Below, in pieces: positions 21,384 to 31,639 of a DNA stretch of 64,000 bases (the first letter of the stretch is position 1; every line of letters starts with the position of its first letter). The notes beneath the pieces are model-generated. The model ran no database searches. It was not told the DNA's origin and saw only the letters and a list, made by a program, of their open reading frames with translations. The position numbers and the translations under genes were made by a program. This DNA comes from an uncultured delta proteobacterium (GTDB lineage: Bacteria > Desulfobacterota > Binatia > DP-6), in assembly GCA_963815115.1 (NCBI GenBank), contig CAWFFN010000009.1, forward strand, positions 1,824,001 to 1,888,000, in the 5' to 3' direction.

Positions 21384-21538
21384 TTGACAGGTGCATCAAA
21401 AGAGAGCAGGGTCCCGACTCCAACCGAGTCGCTATTGCTCGAGCGCGACCCAGCCTACGTCCCGTCGACGACGGGCTTCTCGCCCTCGCAAGGGTGACCA
21501 CAGCAGCCATCTCTGATGGCCAGGAGTGTTTAGAGCCC
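21384..21538 (+). promoter_or_regulatory. Promoter and multi-hairpin 5' UTR of the RRM gene
   Basis: TTGACA at 21384; hairpins at 21415-21431, 21461-21475, 21480-21497 and 21506-21520; AGGAG at 21522. Confidence 0.55.
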
Positions 21539-21871
21539 ATGGGCAAGAAGCTCTTCGTCGGCAACCTTTCCTTCGATACGACCACGGCGGATCTCGAGGC
21601 GCTGTTCGCCCAGATCGGCACCTGCGAGTCGGCGGCAGTCATCACCGATCGGGCTACGGGCCGCTCACGCGGATTCGGCTTCGTCGAGATGAGCTCGGCC
21701 AGCGAGGCCCAGAAGGCGATCTCCGACCTGAACGGCCACGAGCTGCAGGGCCGTACGATCAACGTGAGCGAGGCTCGCGATCGCGAGGGCGGTGGTGGCG
21801 GTGGTCATCGTCGCGGCGGCGGCGGCGGCGGGGGTGGTGGGTACGGCGGCGGCGGCCGCAGCCGCTACTAG
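21539..21871 (+). CDS. RRM (RNP-1) RNA-binding protein with Gly-rich tail
   Basis: RNP2 LFVGNL, RNP1 RGFGFVEM, Gly/Arg-rich C-terminus. Confidence 0.95.
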   Translation: MGKKLFVGNLSFDTTTADLEALFAQIGTCESAAVITDRATGRSRGFGFVEMSSASEAQKAISDLNGHELQGRTINVSEARDREGGGGGGHRRGGGGGGGGGYGGGGRSRY

Positions 21872-21877
21872 ACTCGC

Positions 21878-23596
21878 CTAGACGATCGGAGCGGCCTGCG
21901 GGCCGCGCACCAGCTTGCCGGGGAGTGCCCCCGTGGGCTCGCCGTTCTCGGCGACGACGGTACCGCTCACCACGGTCATCCGGTAGCCGCGCACGCGCTG
22001 CACGAGGCGCCGGCCCTGCGCGGGCAGGTCGAAGACCGTCTCGGGCGGGGCGAGCGCGAGCGCGCCCGTGTCGATCAGATTGACGTCCGCCTTCATGCCG
22101 GGCGTCAGGACGCCGCGATCGTGCAGCCCGTAGAGGGCCGCGGTGTCGTGTGTCTGCCGTCGTACCAGGTACTCGAGCGGCAGCCGCGCGCCGCGGCTCC
22201 GCCCGCGGACCCAGTGGGTCAGCAGAAACGTCGGCGTGCCGGCATCACAGATGACGCCGCAATGGGCGCCGCCGTCGGCGAGCCCGATGACCGTGCGCGG
22301 ATGGAGAAGCATCTCCCGGATGGGCTCGAAGTCGAAGCCCGAGTAGTTGAGGAAGGGAAGGTAGAGGAGCTCGTGACCGTCGCGCTCGAGTAGCAGGTCG
22401 TAGGCGACCTCCTCGGGTTTCACGCCGCGCCGGCGCGCGATGGCGGCGACGCTGGCCTCGGGGCTGGGCTCGTAGTCGGGCGGGTCGCCGAGCGGGAAGA
22501 GCTTGTGAAAGGCCGTGGCCAGGTAGGCGAGGATCGGGTTGGAGAACTCGACGCGCTCTTCGAGCATCCGCCGGCGCGTCTCCGGATCGCGCAGGCGTCG
22601 CACGCGCTCGGCCAGCGGGAGGTGCTCCAGCTCCTGGTAGGTGGCGTGGCCCATGAAGGGATTGAGCTTGCTCTCGAGCCCGAGGAGCACGCTGGTGGGT
22701 CGCGCGGCCACCTGCGGCACCAGGGTCGCGCCGCGCTCGGCCGCGCGGTCGGCGGCAGCGAGCAACCGGCGCCACTGCTCGGGGTCGGCGTCGTTCTGCA
22801 AGCAGGCGAAGGTGACCGGCCGTCCGGTCGCGGCCGAGACCTCCTCCATCCACGCCAGCTCGGGTTCCTCGGGCAGCAGGTCGGCTGCCAGCTCGAGCAC
22901 GCCGCGCCCGAGCTCCCCGAGGACGCGACCGATGCCGACGAGCTCCTCCGCCGCCGCGAACGTGCCGGGAACCGGCTCGCCGTCGACGGCGCGGTGGAGC
23001 AACGTGCGTGAGGTGGTGAAGCCGAGCGCGCCGGCCGCGACGCCCTCGCGCACGATCGCCGCCATGCCTGCGATGTCGTCCGCGTCGGCAGGCTGGTTGC
23101 GCGCCCCGCGCTCGCCCATCACGTAGGCGCGCACGGCGCCGTGGGGGACCTGCGCGCCGACGTCGAGGGCGCGGGGCATCGCCTCGAGGGCGTCGAGATA
23201 CTCCGGGAAGCGCTCCCACTGCCAGTGGATGCCCTCGGCGAGGGCGGTGCCGGGAATGTCCTCGACGCCCTCCATCAGGCCGATGAGCCAGTCGTGCCGG
23301 TCGGGTCGCGCCGGCGCGAAGCCCACGCCGCAGTTGCCCATGACGACGGTGGTGACGCCGTGCCACGACGAGGGCGTGAGGTACGGATCCCACGTGGCCT
23401 GGCCGTCGTAGTGGGTGTGGATGTCGACCCAGCCAGGCGCGACGACGAGCCCGCGCGCGTCGACCTCGCGGCGGCCCGCGCCGCTGGTGCTCCCGGCGGC
23501 GGCGATGCGGCCGCCGTCGATCGCCACGTCGCCCTCGCGCGGCGCCGAGCCCGTGCCGTCGACGATGGTGCCCCCGCGCAGGACGAGATCGTGCAT
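21878..23596 (-). CDS. N-acyl-D-amino-acid deacylase family amidohydrolase
   Basis: [35 protein letters not shown] motifs. Confidence 0.92.
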   Translation of the reverse strand: MHDLVLRGGTIVDGTGSAPREGDVAIDGGRIAAAGSTSGAGRREVDARGLVVAPGWVDIHTHYDGQATWDPYLTPSSWHGVTTVVMGNCGVGFAPARPDRHDWLIGLMEGVEDIPGTALAEGIHWQWERFPEYLDALEAMPRALDVGAQVPHGAVRAYVMGERGARNQPADADDIAGMAAIVREGVAAGALGFTTSRTLLHRAVDGEPVPGTFAAAEELVGIGRVLGELGRGVLELAADLLPEEPELAWMEEVSAATGRPVTFACLQNDADPEQWRRLLAAADRAAERGATLVPQVAARPTSVLLGLESKLNPFMGHATYQELEHLPLAERVRRLRDPETRRRMLEERVEFSNPILAYLATAFHKLFPLGDPPDYEPSPEASVAAIARRRGVKPEEVAYDLLLERDGHELLYLPFLNYSGFDFEPIREMLLHPRTVIGLADGGAHCGVICDAGTPTFLLTHWVRGRSRGARLPLEYLVRRQTHDTAALYGLHDRGVLTPGMKADVNLIDTGALALAPPETVFDLPAQGRRLVQRVRGYRMTVVSGTVVAENGEPTGALPGKLVRGPQAAPIV

Positions 23597-23720
23597 GCGG
23601 ATGGCTTACCAGGGAGCGAAGAGCCGTGTCCATCGGAAGCAAGCGCGAGGTGGCGCGAACCCGCGCGGCACGGTCGTCCTGACGGCACGGTGAGGAGGCA
23701 GGGCTCGCCGCGCCGTCTCG

Positions 23721-24785
23721 TCACGAAGCCGTCCGGATCGCCTCCGCCAGCCACTCGATGCGGTCGTTGCCCCAGAAATGCTGGTCGCGGAACACGAAGA
23801 ACGGGAAGCCGAAGACGCCGTCGGCCTGCGCGGCCGCGTTGCTCGCGGCGAGATCGGTCTCCCAGCGCGGGTCGCCGAGCGCGGCCACGAAGCCGTCCCG
23901 GTCGAGCCCGGCGCGCTGGGCGATCGCAGCGAGGACGTCCTTCTGGCCGATGTCCCGGGCCTCGAGGAAGCGAGCCGCGAAGACTCCGTCGTGGTACGCC
24001 TTGCCGCGCCCTTCGGCACGCGCGAAGAGGAAGCCGAGACAGGCGAGCCGGCTGTCGGCGAACGGGCCCGGGCGCATGCGCAGGCCATAGGCGGCGGCGA
24101 ACCGGCGCGCGTCCTCGACGATGTACCGGATGCGAGGGGAAGCGGGGTCGGGTCCGCCCCCGCCGGCGCGCGGCGAGTACACCGGCCTGGGCTCGACCGT
24201 CACGTGCAGTGGTGCGAGCTCGCGGTCGAGCCGGGTGTTGGCGAGAAAGGCATACGGGCTGTTGTAGGCGAAGTAGAACCGCACGCTACGCTGGTCCATC
24301 GAACTCTCCACGTTCCGTTCGTCGAACGCCAGATCGAAGCCCTCGAGCCATGCGACATATTCCGGTGGCAGGCCTCCCGCTCGCGCCCCGTCGAGAAGCA
24401 GTCCCAGGTAGCGTGCGGACGGCCTCCGGCCGGAGCGACGCAGATCGGACTGGTAGGTGAAGGCGGCAACCGGCTCCGCACCGTCGTTCGTGACCACGAT
24501 CGACACGCGCCGGTAGATGCCCTGGGGCACGCCCTCGGTCCGATCGAGGCGTTCGGCGTCCTCGGGCGTGATGCGGTAGAGGATGCCCGCCACTCGCCGG
24601 CCCGCTCCCGGCACGACGGTGGCGCATCCGCGCTCGCCCGGCCCGATGGGGAGATCGAAGCGCAGTTCGTAGTCGCGCAACCAGCCCCACCGGTTCGCGA
24701 GGGGCCGGATGCCGCGGCGGTCGACGAAGACGGCAGCGCTCATGTTGCTGCCGTAGGCGAAGTACCAGAGGTCGTCCGGCGGCAT
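23721..24785 (-). CDS. Gamma-glutamylcyclotransferase fused to DsbA-family (HCCA isomerase/GST-kappa-like) domain
   Basis: YFAYGSNM and LDRTEG (GGCT), then FYFAYNSPYA, GVFGFPFF, FWGNDR; internal GGAG-ATG at 24299. Confidence 0.8.
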   Translation of the reverse strand: MPPDDLWYFAYGSNMSAAVFVDRRGIRPLANRWGWLRDYELRFDLPIGPGERGCATVVPGAGRRVAGILYRITPEDAERLDRTEGVPQGIYRRVSIVVTNDGAEPVAAFTYQSDLRRSGRRPSARYLGLLLDGARAGGLPPEYVAWLEGFDLAFDERNVESSMDQRSVRFYFAYNSPYAFLANTRLDRELAPLHVTVEPRPVYSPRAGGGGPDPASPRIRYIVEDARRFAAAYGLRMRPGPFADSRLACLGFLFARAEGRGKAYHDGVFAARFLEARDIGQKDVLAAIAQRAGLDRDGFVAALGDPRWETDLAASNAAAQADGVFGFPFFVFRDQHFWGNDRIEWLAEAIRTAS

Positions 24786-24864
24786 GGGGTGCAGAAAGTT
24801 AGGGTGGCGCGCCGGAGCTGAGTCAACGGCCGGGCGCGCCGAGGGGCGCTCGCGCGCGCGAGGA

Positions 24865-26154
24865 TCAGTGCTGCTGCCCGGCGGCGGTCTGGCCTGCGTT
24901 GGCCCGTCCGCCCGCGGGCTGATCCGGTGGCGGAGCCGGCGTGCTCCTCACCTTTGCCCCGTCGGCGAGGCCGCTCGGCACCGCGGTGGCGATGACGTCC
25001 GAGGGCTCGAGCCCGGTGAGGATCTCTACCCGGTCACCGTAGTCCCGACCGATCTCGACCGGCTTGTAGTGCAGCGTGGCGTCGGGGCCGATCACGGCGA
25101 CGCGTATGCCCTGGGCGTCTATCAACAGCGCGGTGCCGGGAACCAGCAGGGGCGGGGCCGAGCGCTGGAGCTTGAAGTGCACCGTCACGTAGCTGCCGGA
25201 GAGCAAGGCGCCGTCGGGATTCGGCACCTGGACCTCGGTGAGCAGCGTGCCCGAGGCGGGGTCGATCGCGCCTGCGGTCCTCGTCACCATCCCCTGGAAG
25301 GCGCGGGTGGGCTGCTCGCGCAGCGTGACCTCGGCGCTCTGGCCGACGCGCACGTCGAACGCGTAGGCCTGCGGCACGAAGATGAAGATGCGTAACGTAT
25401 CGACCTGCGCCAGACTGAAGAGCTGCGTCGTCACCTGCGTCGAGCCCGCGGTGATGAGCGACCCGGGGTCCACGTTGCGCGCCGTGATGATCCCGCTGAA
25501 CGGCGCGTAGACCCGCTCGAACCCCTGCAGCTCGCGCAGGCGCTCGACGTCCGCCTGGTTGGCGCGCACGGTGGCCTCGGCGGCGTCGACGGCCTTCTGC
25601 GCCGTTTTCTGCGTCGCCGCACGCTCGTCGATCTCCTGCTGCGTCACCGCCCCCACGCCGATGGTGACGAACCGCTTGAGCGTCGTCTGGGCCAGCTCGA
25701 GATCGGCCTGGAGTCGCACCACGTTGGCCTGCCCTTGCCCGAGGGTGGCCCATGCCTGGCTGAGCTGCTGGTCGACCTCCGGCGAGGCGATCTCGGCGAG
25801 GAGCTGGCCCGCTTTCACGTGGTCTCCGATGTCGACGTAGCGCACCTTCAGGTAGCCGTCGGTGCGCGCGTAGATGCCGGTCGTGAGGAGCGGCTCCGTC
25901 GTGCCGGGGAGCGGCACGTCGACCACCGTGGCGGCGACCTCCGGGTGGGCCGTGGCCAGCGACGGAATCCGGTCCCGTTCCGTCCGGGCCTGCGTCTCGA
26001 GCCGGTGCCAGAGGCGCATGCGCGGCAGCAGCCCCGCCAGGGCGAGGAGCACGAAGACGACGGCGCCGCCGGTGAGGACGACCCGCCGGCGGCGTGACCC
26101 GGTGGCACCGCGGACCGGCGCAGGGAGCGCCTCGAATGCGGACGAGTCCGTCAC
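24865..26154 (-). CDS. RND efflux periplasmic adaptor (MFP)
   Basis: TM anchor, YARTDGY...VDIGDHVKAGQLLA, APFSGIITARNV, GRDYG; GTGA overlap with the permease stop. Confidence 0.92.
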   Translation of the reverse strand: MTDSSAFEALPAPVRGATGSRRRRVVLTGGAVVFVLLALAGLLPRMRLWHRLETQARTERDRIPSLATAHPEVAATVVDVPLPGTTEPLLTTGIYARTDGYLKVRYVDIGDHVKAGQLLAEIASPEVDQQLSQAWATLGQGQANVVRLQADLELAQTTLKRFVTIGVGAVTQQEIDERAATQKTAQKAVDAAEATVRANQADVERLRELQGFERVYAPFSGIITARNVDPGSLITAGSTQVTTQLFSLAQVDTLRIFIFVPQAYAFDVRVGQSAEVTLREQPTRAFQGMVTRTAGAIDPASGTLLTEVQVPNPDGALLSGSYVTVHFKLQRSAPPLLVPGTALLIDAQGIRVAVIGPDATLHYKPVEIGRDYGDRVEILTGLEPSDVIATAVPSGLADGAKVRSTPAPPPDQPAGGRANAGQTAAGQQH

Positions 26155-29100
26155 GCCAGCTCCGGATCCGTTTCGGTGCGGATCGGCGCCCGGCGCAGCC
26201 GGCTGTAGACGACGGGAACGAAGAAGAGGGTGGCGAAGGTGGCCAGCAGCAACCCGCCGATCACCACGCGGCCGAGCGGGGCGTTCTGCTCGCCGCCCTC
26301 GCCGAGGCCGAGCGACATCGGCAGCATGCCGAGGATCATCGCGAGCGCCGTCATCAGCACCGGACGCAGGCGCACCACGCCCGCTTCGAGCGCGGCCGGG
26401 ACGGATTCCTTCCCCTCTTCGCGCTGATCGTTCGCGAAGGTGACCAGCAGGTTGGAGTTGCTGGTCGCGACACCGATGCACATGATCGCCCCCATCAGCG
26501 CCGGCACGGAGATGTTGGTCTGCGTCAGCCAGAGGATCCACAGCACTCCCGCGATCGCGCCCGGCAGGGCCATCAGGATGATGAGGGGGTCGATCCACGA
26601 CTGAAAGTTGACCGCCATGAGCAGGTAGACCAGCACGATGGCGAGCAGCATGCCATACGCCATCGTCGTGAAGCTGCTCCGCATGGCCTCGGCCTGGCCC
26701 CGGATGGAGATGAAGGAGCCGCGAGGCAGGGTGGGGCGGACCTCGTCGACGACGCGCTCGACGTGGTCTGCGACGGACCACAGGTCGCTGTCCTGCACCG
26801 CGGCGAGCACGTCGAGCACCGGCTGCACGTTGTAGTGGCTGATGACGCTCGGCTGGACCTTGCGCTGCGTGGAGGCGATGTTGGCGAGCAGCTGCGGCTG
26901 CGTCTGGCCCGGAACGATCACCGGCGTGCCGTTGAGCGCATCCATCGAGTCGACGCGATACTGGGGCGTCTGCACGCCGATGGGATAGTTCACCCCGTTC
27001 TTCAAGTTGAGCCAGTAGTTGGGCGCGATCTGTGAGATGCCCGAGAGCGATACCAGCAGGCTCGTGGCGACGTCCTGCTCCGTGAACCCGAGCTGCTTCG
27101 CCCGGCGGCGGTCGACGTCGACGTCGATGGTCGGTGCGTCCAGGACCTGCTGCAGGCGGACGTCCGCGGCGCCGGGAATGGCGGCGATGCGACGCACGAG
27201 ATCCCGGGCGATGTCCTGGTTCTTCGGGTCGCGACCGACGATCTGGACGTCGATCGGCGCCGGGAGCCCGAAGTTCAGGATCTGGGTCACCATGTCGGCC
27301 GGCTGGAAGAAGAACACCAGGTCGGGAAAGCGCTCGCGCAGGAGGGGGCGGAGCTGGGCGACATAGCCCGGCGTCGAGCCGTGGTGTTCCGGGTTGAGCG
27401 CGACGAGGATCTCACCGTCGGCCGCCGACACGATCGAGGCGTCGCTGAACGCCAGGTTGATCCCGCCTCCGGGGATTCCGATGTTGTCGATGACGATCTG
27501 GATCTCGTCGGCCGGGATCGTCTCGCGGATCACCTGCTCGACGGCCGCGTAGCGCGCCTCCGTCTCCTCGATCCGGGTGCCGGCGGGACAGCGCACGTGG
27601 AGGCGGAACTGACCGGCGTCGACGGTGGGGAAGAAGTCCATGCCGAGCAGCGGGAAGATGCCGAGCGACACCGCGATCAGCCCGATGAAGCCGGCGACGA
27701 CCACCCACCGATGAGCGAGCGACCACTCGAGCGCGCGGCGATAGACGCCCTGCAGGCGTTCGAAGTGGCGGTTGAAGCGATGATGGACCGACCAGATCCG
27801 GCCGCCGTCGGTCACGGGGTGGTCCGGGTGGTGGAGATGGGCCTCGGCGGGCAGCAGATACTGCACCATCGTCGGCACCACGGTGCGCGAGAGGAAGTAG
27901 CTGGCCAGCATGGCGAGGACGACGGCGAGCGCGAGCGGCGTGAAGAGGTACTTGGCGACGCCGGTGATGAACACGACGGGCACGAACACGATGCAGATAC
28001 ACAGGGTGGAGACGAAGGCCGGGGTGGCGATCTGCTGGGCGCCGTCGAGGATGGCCCGCGTGACGGGTTTGCCCATCCCGAGGTTGCGGTTGGTGTTCTC
28101 GATCTCGACCGTCGCGTCGTCGACCAGGATGCCGACCGCGAGCGCCAGGCCGCCCAGCGTCATGGTGTTGAGCGTCTGCCCCATGGCCGAGAACACGATG
28201 ACCGACACCAGGATCGCCAGCGGGATGGAGACGAGGATGACCAGCGTCGAGCGCCAGGAGCCGAGGAAGAGCAGGATCATCAGGCCCGTGAGCCCCGCGG
28301 CGATGACCGCCTCGCGGAGCACGCCGTTCAGGGCCGCGCGCACGAACACCGACTGATCGAACAGCGGCTTGATCTGCAGGTCGGTCGGCAGCGTTGCCTG
28401 GATGCGCGGCAGCGCGTCGCGCACCCGCTGGACGATGTCGAGCGTCGACGCGTTCGGCGTCTTCTGGACCGAGAGCAACGCCGAGCGCCGGCCGTCCACG
28501 TGCACCATGGAGGTCTGGGGCGGGAAGCCGTCGTGCACCTGCGCGACGTCGCTCAGGTACACGGTCGCCGCGCCGTCCTGCCGGACCGGGACGTCGTTGA
28601 GGGTCGAGAAGACGTCGGGAGAAGAGTTGGTGCGGATGACGTATTCCGTCGGGCCCATCTTCGCCGTGCCGGCCGGGAGGATGACGTTCTGCGCGTTGAC
28701 CGCGCTCGACACCTCCTGTGCCGACACCCCCTTGGCGTAGAGCTGGTCGGGGTCGAGATCGACCATGATCTGCCGCGTCTTGCCGCCCCAGGGCAGCGGC
28801 ACCTGCGCGCCCTGGACGGTGGCGAGCTGCGTGCGGATGAAGTTCAGGCCGTAGTCGTAGAGCTGCTGTTCGTTCAACGTGGGAGACTGGAGCGCAAGCT
28901 GCAGGATGGGCACGTTGGTGGCCGAGTACTGCAGGATGAACGGCGGCGTGGTCCCGAGCGGCAGCACCTTCAGCACGGTCTGATTGACGGCGGTCGTCTC
29001 GGCCACCGCCGCATCGATCGACGCGTCCGGCTGGAAGAAGACGCGGATGACTCCGGCGCCGATGCCGGCGCCGTTCAGCGATTGCGACTCGATGTGCTCG

Positions 29101-29333
29101 ATGTCGTTCACGGTCGTCGTCATCGCCCGCTCGGAGATGGTGACGACGCGTCCTTCCATCTCCTGAGCCGACAGGCCGTTGTAGATCCAGAGCACGGAGA
29201 CGACCGGGATGTTGATGCCGGGGAAGATGTCGGTCGGCGTGCGCAGGATCGTGAGCCCGCCCAGGATGGCGATGAGCAGCGCCAGCACCGCGAAGGTGTA
29301 GGGTCGGCGCAGAGCGAGGCGGACGATCCACAT
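26151..29333 (-). CDS. RND efflux permease (AcrB/CusA superfamily)
   Basis: 1060 aa; GILVDDATVEIEN, RLRPVLMT, APLGRVVIGG. Confidence 0.96.
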   Translation of the reverse strand: MWIVRLALRRPYTFAVLALLIAILGGLTILRTPTDIFPGINIPVVSVLWIYNGLSAQEMEGRVVTISERAMTTTVNDIEHIESQSLNGAGIGAGVIRVFFQPDASIDAAVAETTAVNQTVLKVLPLGTTPPFILQYSATNVPILQLALQSPTLNEQQLYDYGLNFIRTQLATVQGAQVPLPWGGKTRQIMVDLDPDQLYAKGVSAQEVSSAVNAQNVILPAGTAKMGPTEYVIRTNSSPDVFSTLNDVPVRQDGAATVYLSDVAQVHDGFPPQTSMVHVDGRRSALLSVQKTPNASTLDIVQRVRDALPRIQATLPTDLQIKPLFDQSVFVRAALNGVLREAVIAAGLTGLMILLFLGSWRSTLVILVSIPLAILVSVIVFSAMGQTLNTMTLGGLALAVGILVDDATVEIENTNRNLGMGKPVTRAILDGAQQIATPAFVSTLCICIVFVPVVFITGVAKYLFTPLALAVVLAMLASYFLSRTVVPTMVQYLLPAEAHLHHPDHPVTDGGRIWSVHHRFNRHFERLQGVYRRALEWSLAHRWVVVAGFIGLIAVSLGIFPLLGMDFFPTVDAGQFRLHVRCPAGTRIEETEARYAAVEQVIRETIPADEIQIVIDNIGIPGGGINLAFSDASIVSAADGEILVALNPEHHGSTPGYVAQLRPLLRERFPDLVFFFQPADMVTQILNFGLPAPIDVQIVGRDPKNQDIARDLVRRIAAIPGAADVRLQQVLDAPTIDVDVDRRRAKQLGFTEQDVATSLLVSLSGISQIAPNYWLNLKNGVNYPIGVQTPQYRVDSMDALNGTPVIVPGQTQPQLLANIASTQRKVQPSVISHYNVQPVLDVLAAVQDSDLWSVADHVERVVDEVRPTLPRGSFISIRGQAEAMRSSFTTMAYGMLLAIVLVYLLMAVNFQSWIDPLIILMALPGAIAGVLWILWLTQTNISVPALMGAIMCIGVATSNSNLLVTFANDQREEGKESVPAALEAGVVRLRPVLMTALAMILGMLPMSLGLGEGGEQNAPLGRVVIGGLLLATFATLFFVPVVYSRLRRAPIRTETDPELA

Positions 29334-29345
29334 GGCCGATTGCGA

Positions 29346-30395
29346 TCAGGCTCCCGGGCTCCCGGCCTGTGCCGTCGCCTGCCGCGGCCAGGCCGACCGG
29401 CGAGCCGGCCGCGCCGGCGGTGCCATGAACTCCGGCCCGACGGGGTCCGTGACGCGCTGGCGCACGATGGCGTCCACGTCGCGCATGGCGTCGCCGTCGA
29501 GCGACCAGCCCATCGCCTCGTCGAGTGGATCGAGCTGGTCGGGGCTGCGCGCGCCCCACAGCGCGATCTGCACGCCGGGCTGATCGAGGACCCAGCGCAG
29601 CGCGAGGGCGAGCACGCTCTTCCCGTAGCGCTCGCGCGCAAACCCATCGAGCGCCGCGACCGCGCGCAGGTACTGGGCATAGCGTGGTGCCTGGAACTTG
29701 GGATCGGTCCGGCGCAGGTCGTCTCCCTCGAACCGGCTGTCCGTCCGCATGCGGCCGGAGAGCAGGCCGCGGCAGAGCGCGCCGTAGGTGAGGGTGGTGA
29801 TGCCGTGCCGCCCGCAGTACGGCAGGATGCGCGCCTCGGCCTCGCGCTCGAACAGGTTGTAGGGCGGCTGCGCCGTGTGGAGCGGCGCGACCTGCCGGAA
29901 GAGCTCCATGCGCTCGGGCGAGTAGTTGCTCACGCCGATCGCGCCGATGAGGCCCTGGCGGTAGAGGTCGTACAGGGTCTCGGCCGTCTCCTCGATCGGG
30001 ACGGAGGGGTCGGGCCAGTGGACCTGGTAGACGTCCACGTATTCGGTCTGCAGCCGCCGCAGGGAATCGGTCAGCTCCTTGCGGATGCGTGACCGGCTCG
30101 AGTTCCGGACGGGTGCGCCGCCGCGCTTCCACTCGAGCCCGACCTTGGTGGCGAGCACGACGCGGTCGCGTTGCCCCCAGCACTTGAGAGCCTTGCCGAC
30201 GATCTCCTCCGACCGGCCCTGGCCGTAGACCGGCGCGGTGTCGATCACGGTGATGCCGCGGTCGAGCGCCGTGCAGATGGTCTGGATCGAGCGCTCCTCG
30301 TCGGTGCCGCCCCACATCCAGCCGCCGATCGCCCACGTTCCGAGGCCGATGCGCGAGGCCTTCGGGGTGATGCCTTCGATCTCGACGTGTTCCAT
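29346..30395 (-). CDS. Aldo/keto reductase (general stress protein 69/YhdN-like)
   Basis: IGLGTWAIGG, IDTAPVYG, ATKVG, YQVHWP, GVSNY, QPPYNLFER. Confidence 0.94.
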   Translation of the reverse strand: MEHVEIEGITPKASRIGLGTWAIGGWMWGGTDEERSIQTICTALDRGITVIDTAPVYGQGRSEEIVGKALKCWGQRDRVVLATKVGLEWKRGGAPVRNSSRSRIRKELTDSLRRLQTEYVDVYQVHWPDPSVPIEETAETLYDLYRQGLIGAIGVSNYSPERMELFRQVAPLHTAQPPYNLFEREAEARILPYCGRHGITTLTYGALCRGLLSGRMRTDSRFEGDDLRRTDPKFQAPRYAQYLRAVAALDGFARERYGKSVLALALRWVLDQPGVQIALWGARSPDQLDPLDEAMGWSLDGDAMRDVDAIVRQRVTDPVGPEFMAPPARPARRSAWPRQATAQAGSPGA

Positions 30396-30417
30396 CGGAA
30401 TGGTTGCCCCCTTTCGA

Positions 30418-30572
30418 CTAGCTCGCCCTGGGCGCGGCGGGGTCGATCAGATGCTCGGCCGCGAACCACACCTGCATCTCGTTGGTCCGGATGACCTCGC
30501 TCACCAGCAGCTCGTTGCTGCCGCTCGCACCGGTTCGGGCGCGCGCGAGTCTGGCTGGACCCTGAGATTCAT
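30418..30572 (-). pseudogene. Dps/ferritin-family remnant with internal deletion
   Basis: GGAGGAG-ATG at 30572, then an out-of-frame GSNELLVSEVIRTNEMQVWFAAEHL segment matching the C-terminal helix of Dps proteins. Confidence 0.65.
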
Positions 30573-30632
30573 ATCGACTCCTCCGTCGCTGGTGCCGTCC
30601 GGTCGGTGCCGGGCGGCCCGTCAAGCGAGAGG

Positions 30633-30647
30633 GCAAGTCCTGTGCCA
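30633..30647 (-). promoter_or_regulatory. Sigma-54 (-24/-12) promoter for the dps-AKR-RND operon
   Basis: Minus strand TGGCAC-AGGAC-TTGC, matching the consensus. Confidence 0.85.
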
Positions 30648-30708
30648 GGCGAACTGCGCCGATATCCTGCCGGGCGACCGCACTCCCGCGGGCTGCCGAC
30701 GAGGATAC

Positions 30709-30740
30709 GCCGCCATGTCGGCACGTGCCGAGATGTCGGC
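30709..30740. promoter_or_regulatory. Tandem palindromic enhancer (UAS) A
   Basis: GCCGCCATGTCGGC-ACGT-GCCGAGATGTCGGC. Confidence 0.7.
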
Positions 30741-30772
30741 GGTCGTCCGGCTGCTGGTGCCGGTCCAGGAGG

Positions 30773-31237
30773 TCAAAGGCCCAGGTCGCCGAGTCCCGGG
30801 TGATCGTCCGGCCGCCGGCCGAGCGGCCAGCGATACTTGCGATCGGTCTCGGCGATGGGAAGGTCGTTGATGCAGGCGAAGCGGACGCGCATGAGGCCCT
30901 GGTCGTCGAACTCCCAGTTCTCGTTGCCGTACGATCGGAAATGCTGGCCGCTGTCGTCGTGCCACTCGTACGCGAAGCGCACGGCGATCCGGTTGCCGGT
31001 GAAGGCCCAGAGCTCCTTGATGAGCCGGTAGTCCAGCTCCCTCACCCACTTGCGGGTCAGGAACGCGACGATCGCCGGCCGCCCGTGCAGGAACTCGGCG
31101 CGGTTCCGCCAGCGGCTGTCCTCGGTGTAGGCGAGGGACACGGTCCGCGGATCGCGGCTGTTCCAGCCGTCCTCGGCCAGGCGGACCTTCTGCGCCGCGG
31201 ATTCTGCCGTGAAGGGGGGGACGGGTAGTCGGGCCAT
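30773..31237 (-). CDS. DUF1348 SnoaL-like (NTF2) protein
   Basis: [40 protein letters not shown]. Confidence 0.9.
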   Translation of the reverse strand: MARLPVPPFTAESAAQKVRLAEDGWNSRDPRTVSLAYTEDSRWRNRAEFLHGRPAIVAFLTRKWVRELDYRLIKELWAFTGNRIAVRFAYEWHDDSGQHFRSYGNENWEFDDQGLMRVRFACINDLPIAETDRKYRWPLGRRPDDHPGLGDLGL

Positions 31238-31285
31238 CCGCTTCGCCTCTCGCAACCTTCGTGCCCTACCGGGCAAGCCGCGGAC

Positions 31286-31639
31286 TCACACCCGCGGCGA
31301 GATCTTCGCGGCAAACGTCTGGGTCACGATCCGTCCGTCCTTGACGATGAACGTGTCGGTGGCGAACTCGATGTGGCTGGCCGGCGTGTCACCTCGCCAC
31401 ACGATGTAGGCGGTGTCGCCGTCGACCTCCTGCTTCAGCATGTGGAAGTCCAGTCCCGGCTTCACGAATTCCTCGAAGACCGTGGCGAAGAATGCGCGGA
31501 TCGCCACGCCTCCGCGCACCAGACCGTCCGGCGTGAAGATCCTCGAGTCGGCGGCGTAGTCCTCCATGATGCCGTCCACGTCACCCTTCCCGAAGCAGCG
31601 AAGGTGATGGGTCAGTACGCCCTCCGTCGTGTTGCCCAT
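31286..31639 (-). CDS. SnoaL-like/NTF2 family protein
   Basis: [11 protein letters not shown]...GGVAIRAFF...[12 protein letters not shown]; AGGAGG RBS. Confidence 0.85.
   Translation of the reverse strand: MGNTTEGVLTHHLRCFGKGDVDGIMEDYAADSRIFTPDGLVRGGVAIRAFFATVFEEFVKPGLDFHMLKQEVDGDTAYIVWRGDTPASHIEFATDTFIVKDGRIVTQTFAAKISPRV

Noticed and set aside
21787-21860. GGC/GGT simple repeat as a contingency locus
   Set aside because: It encodes the ordinary Gly-rich tail of bacterial RRM proteins.
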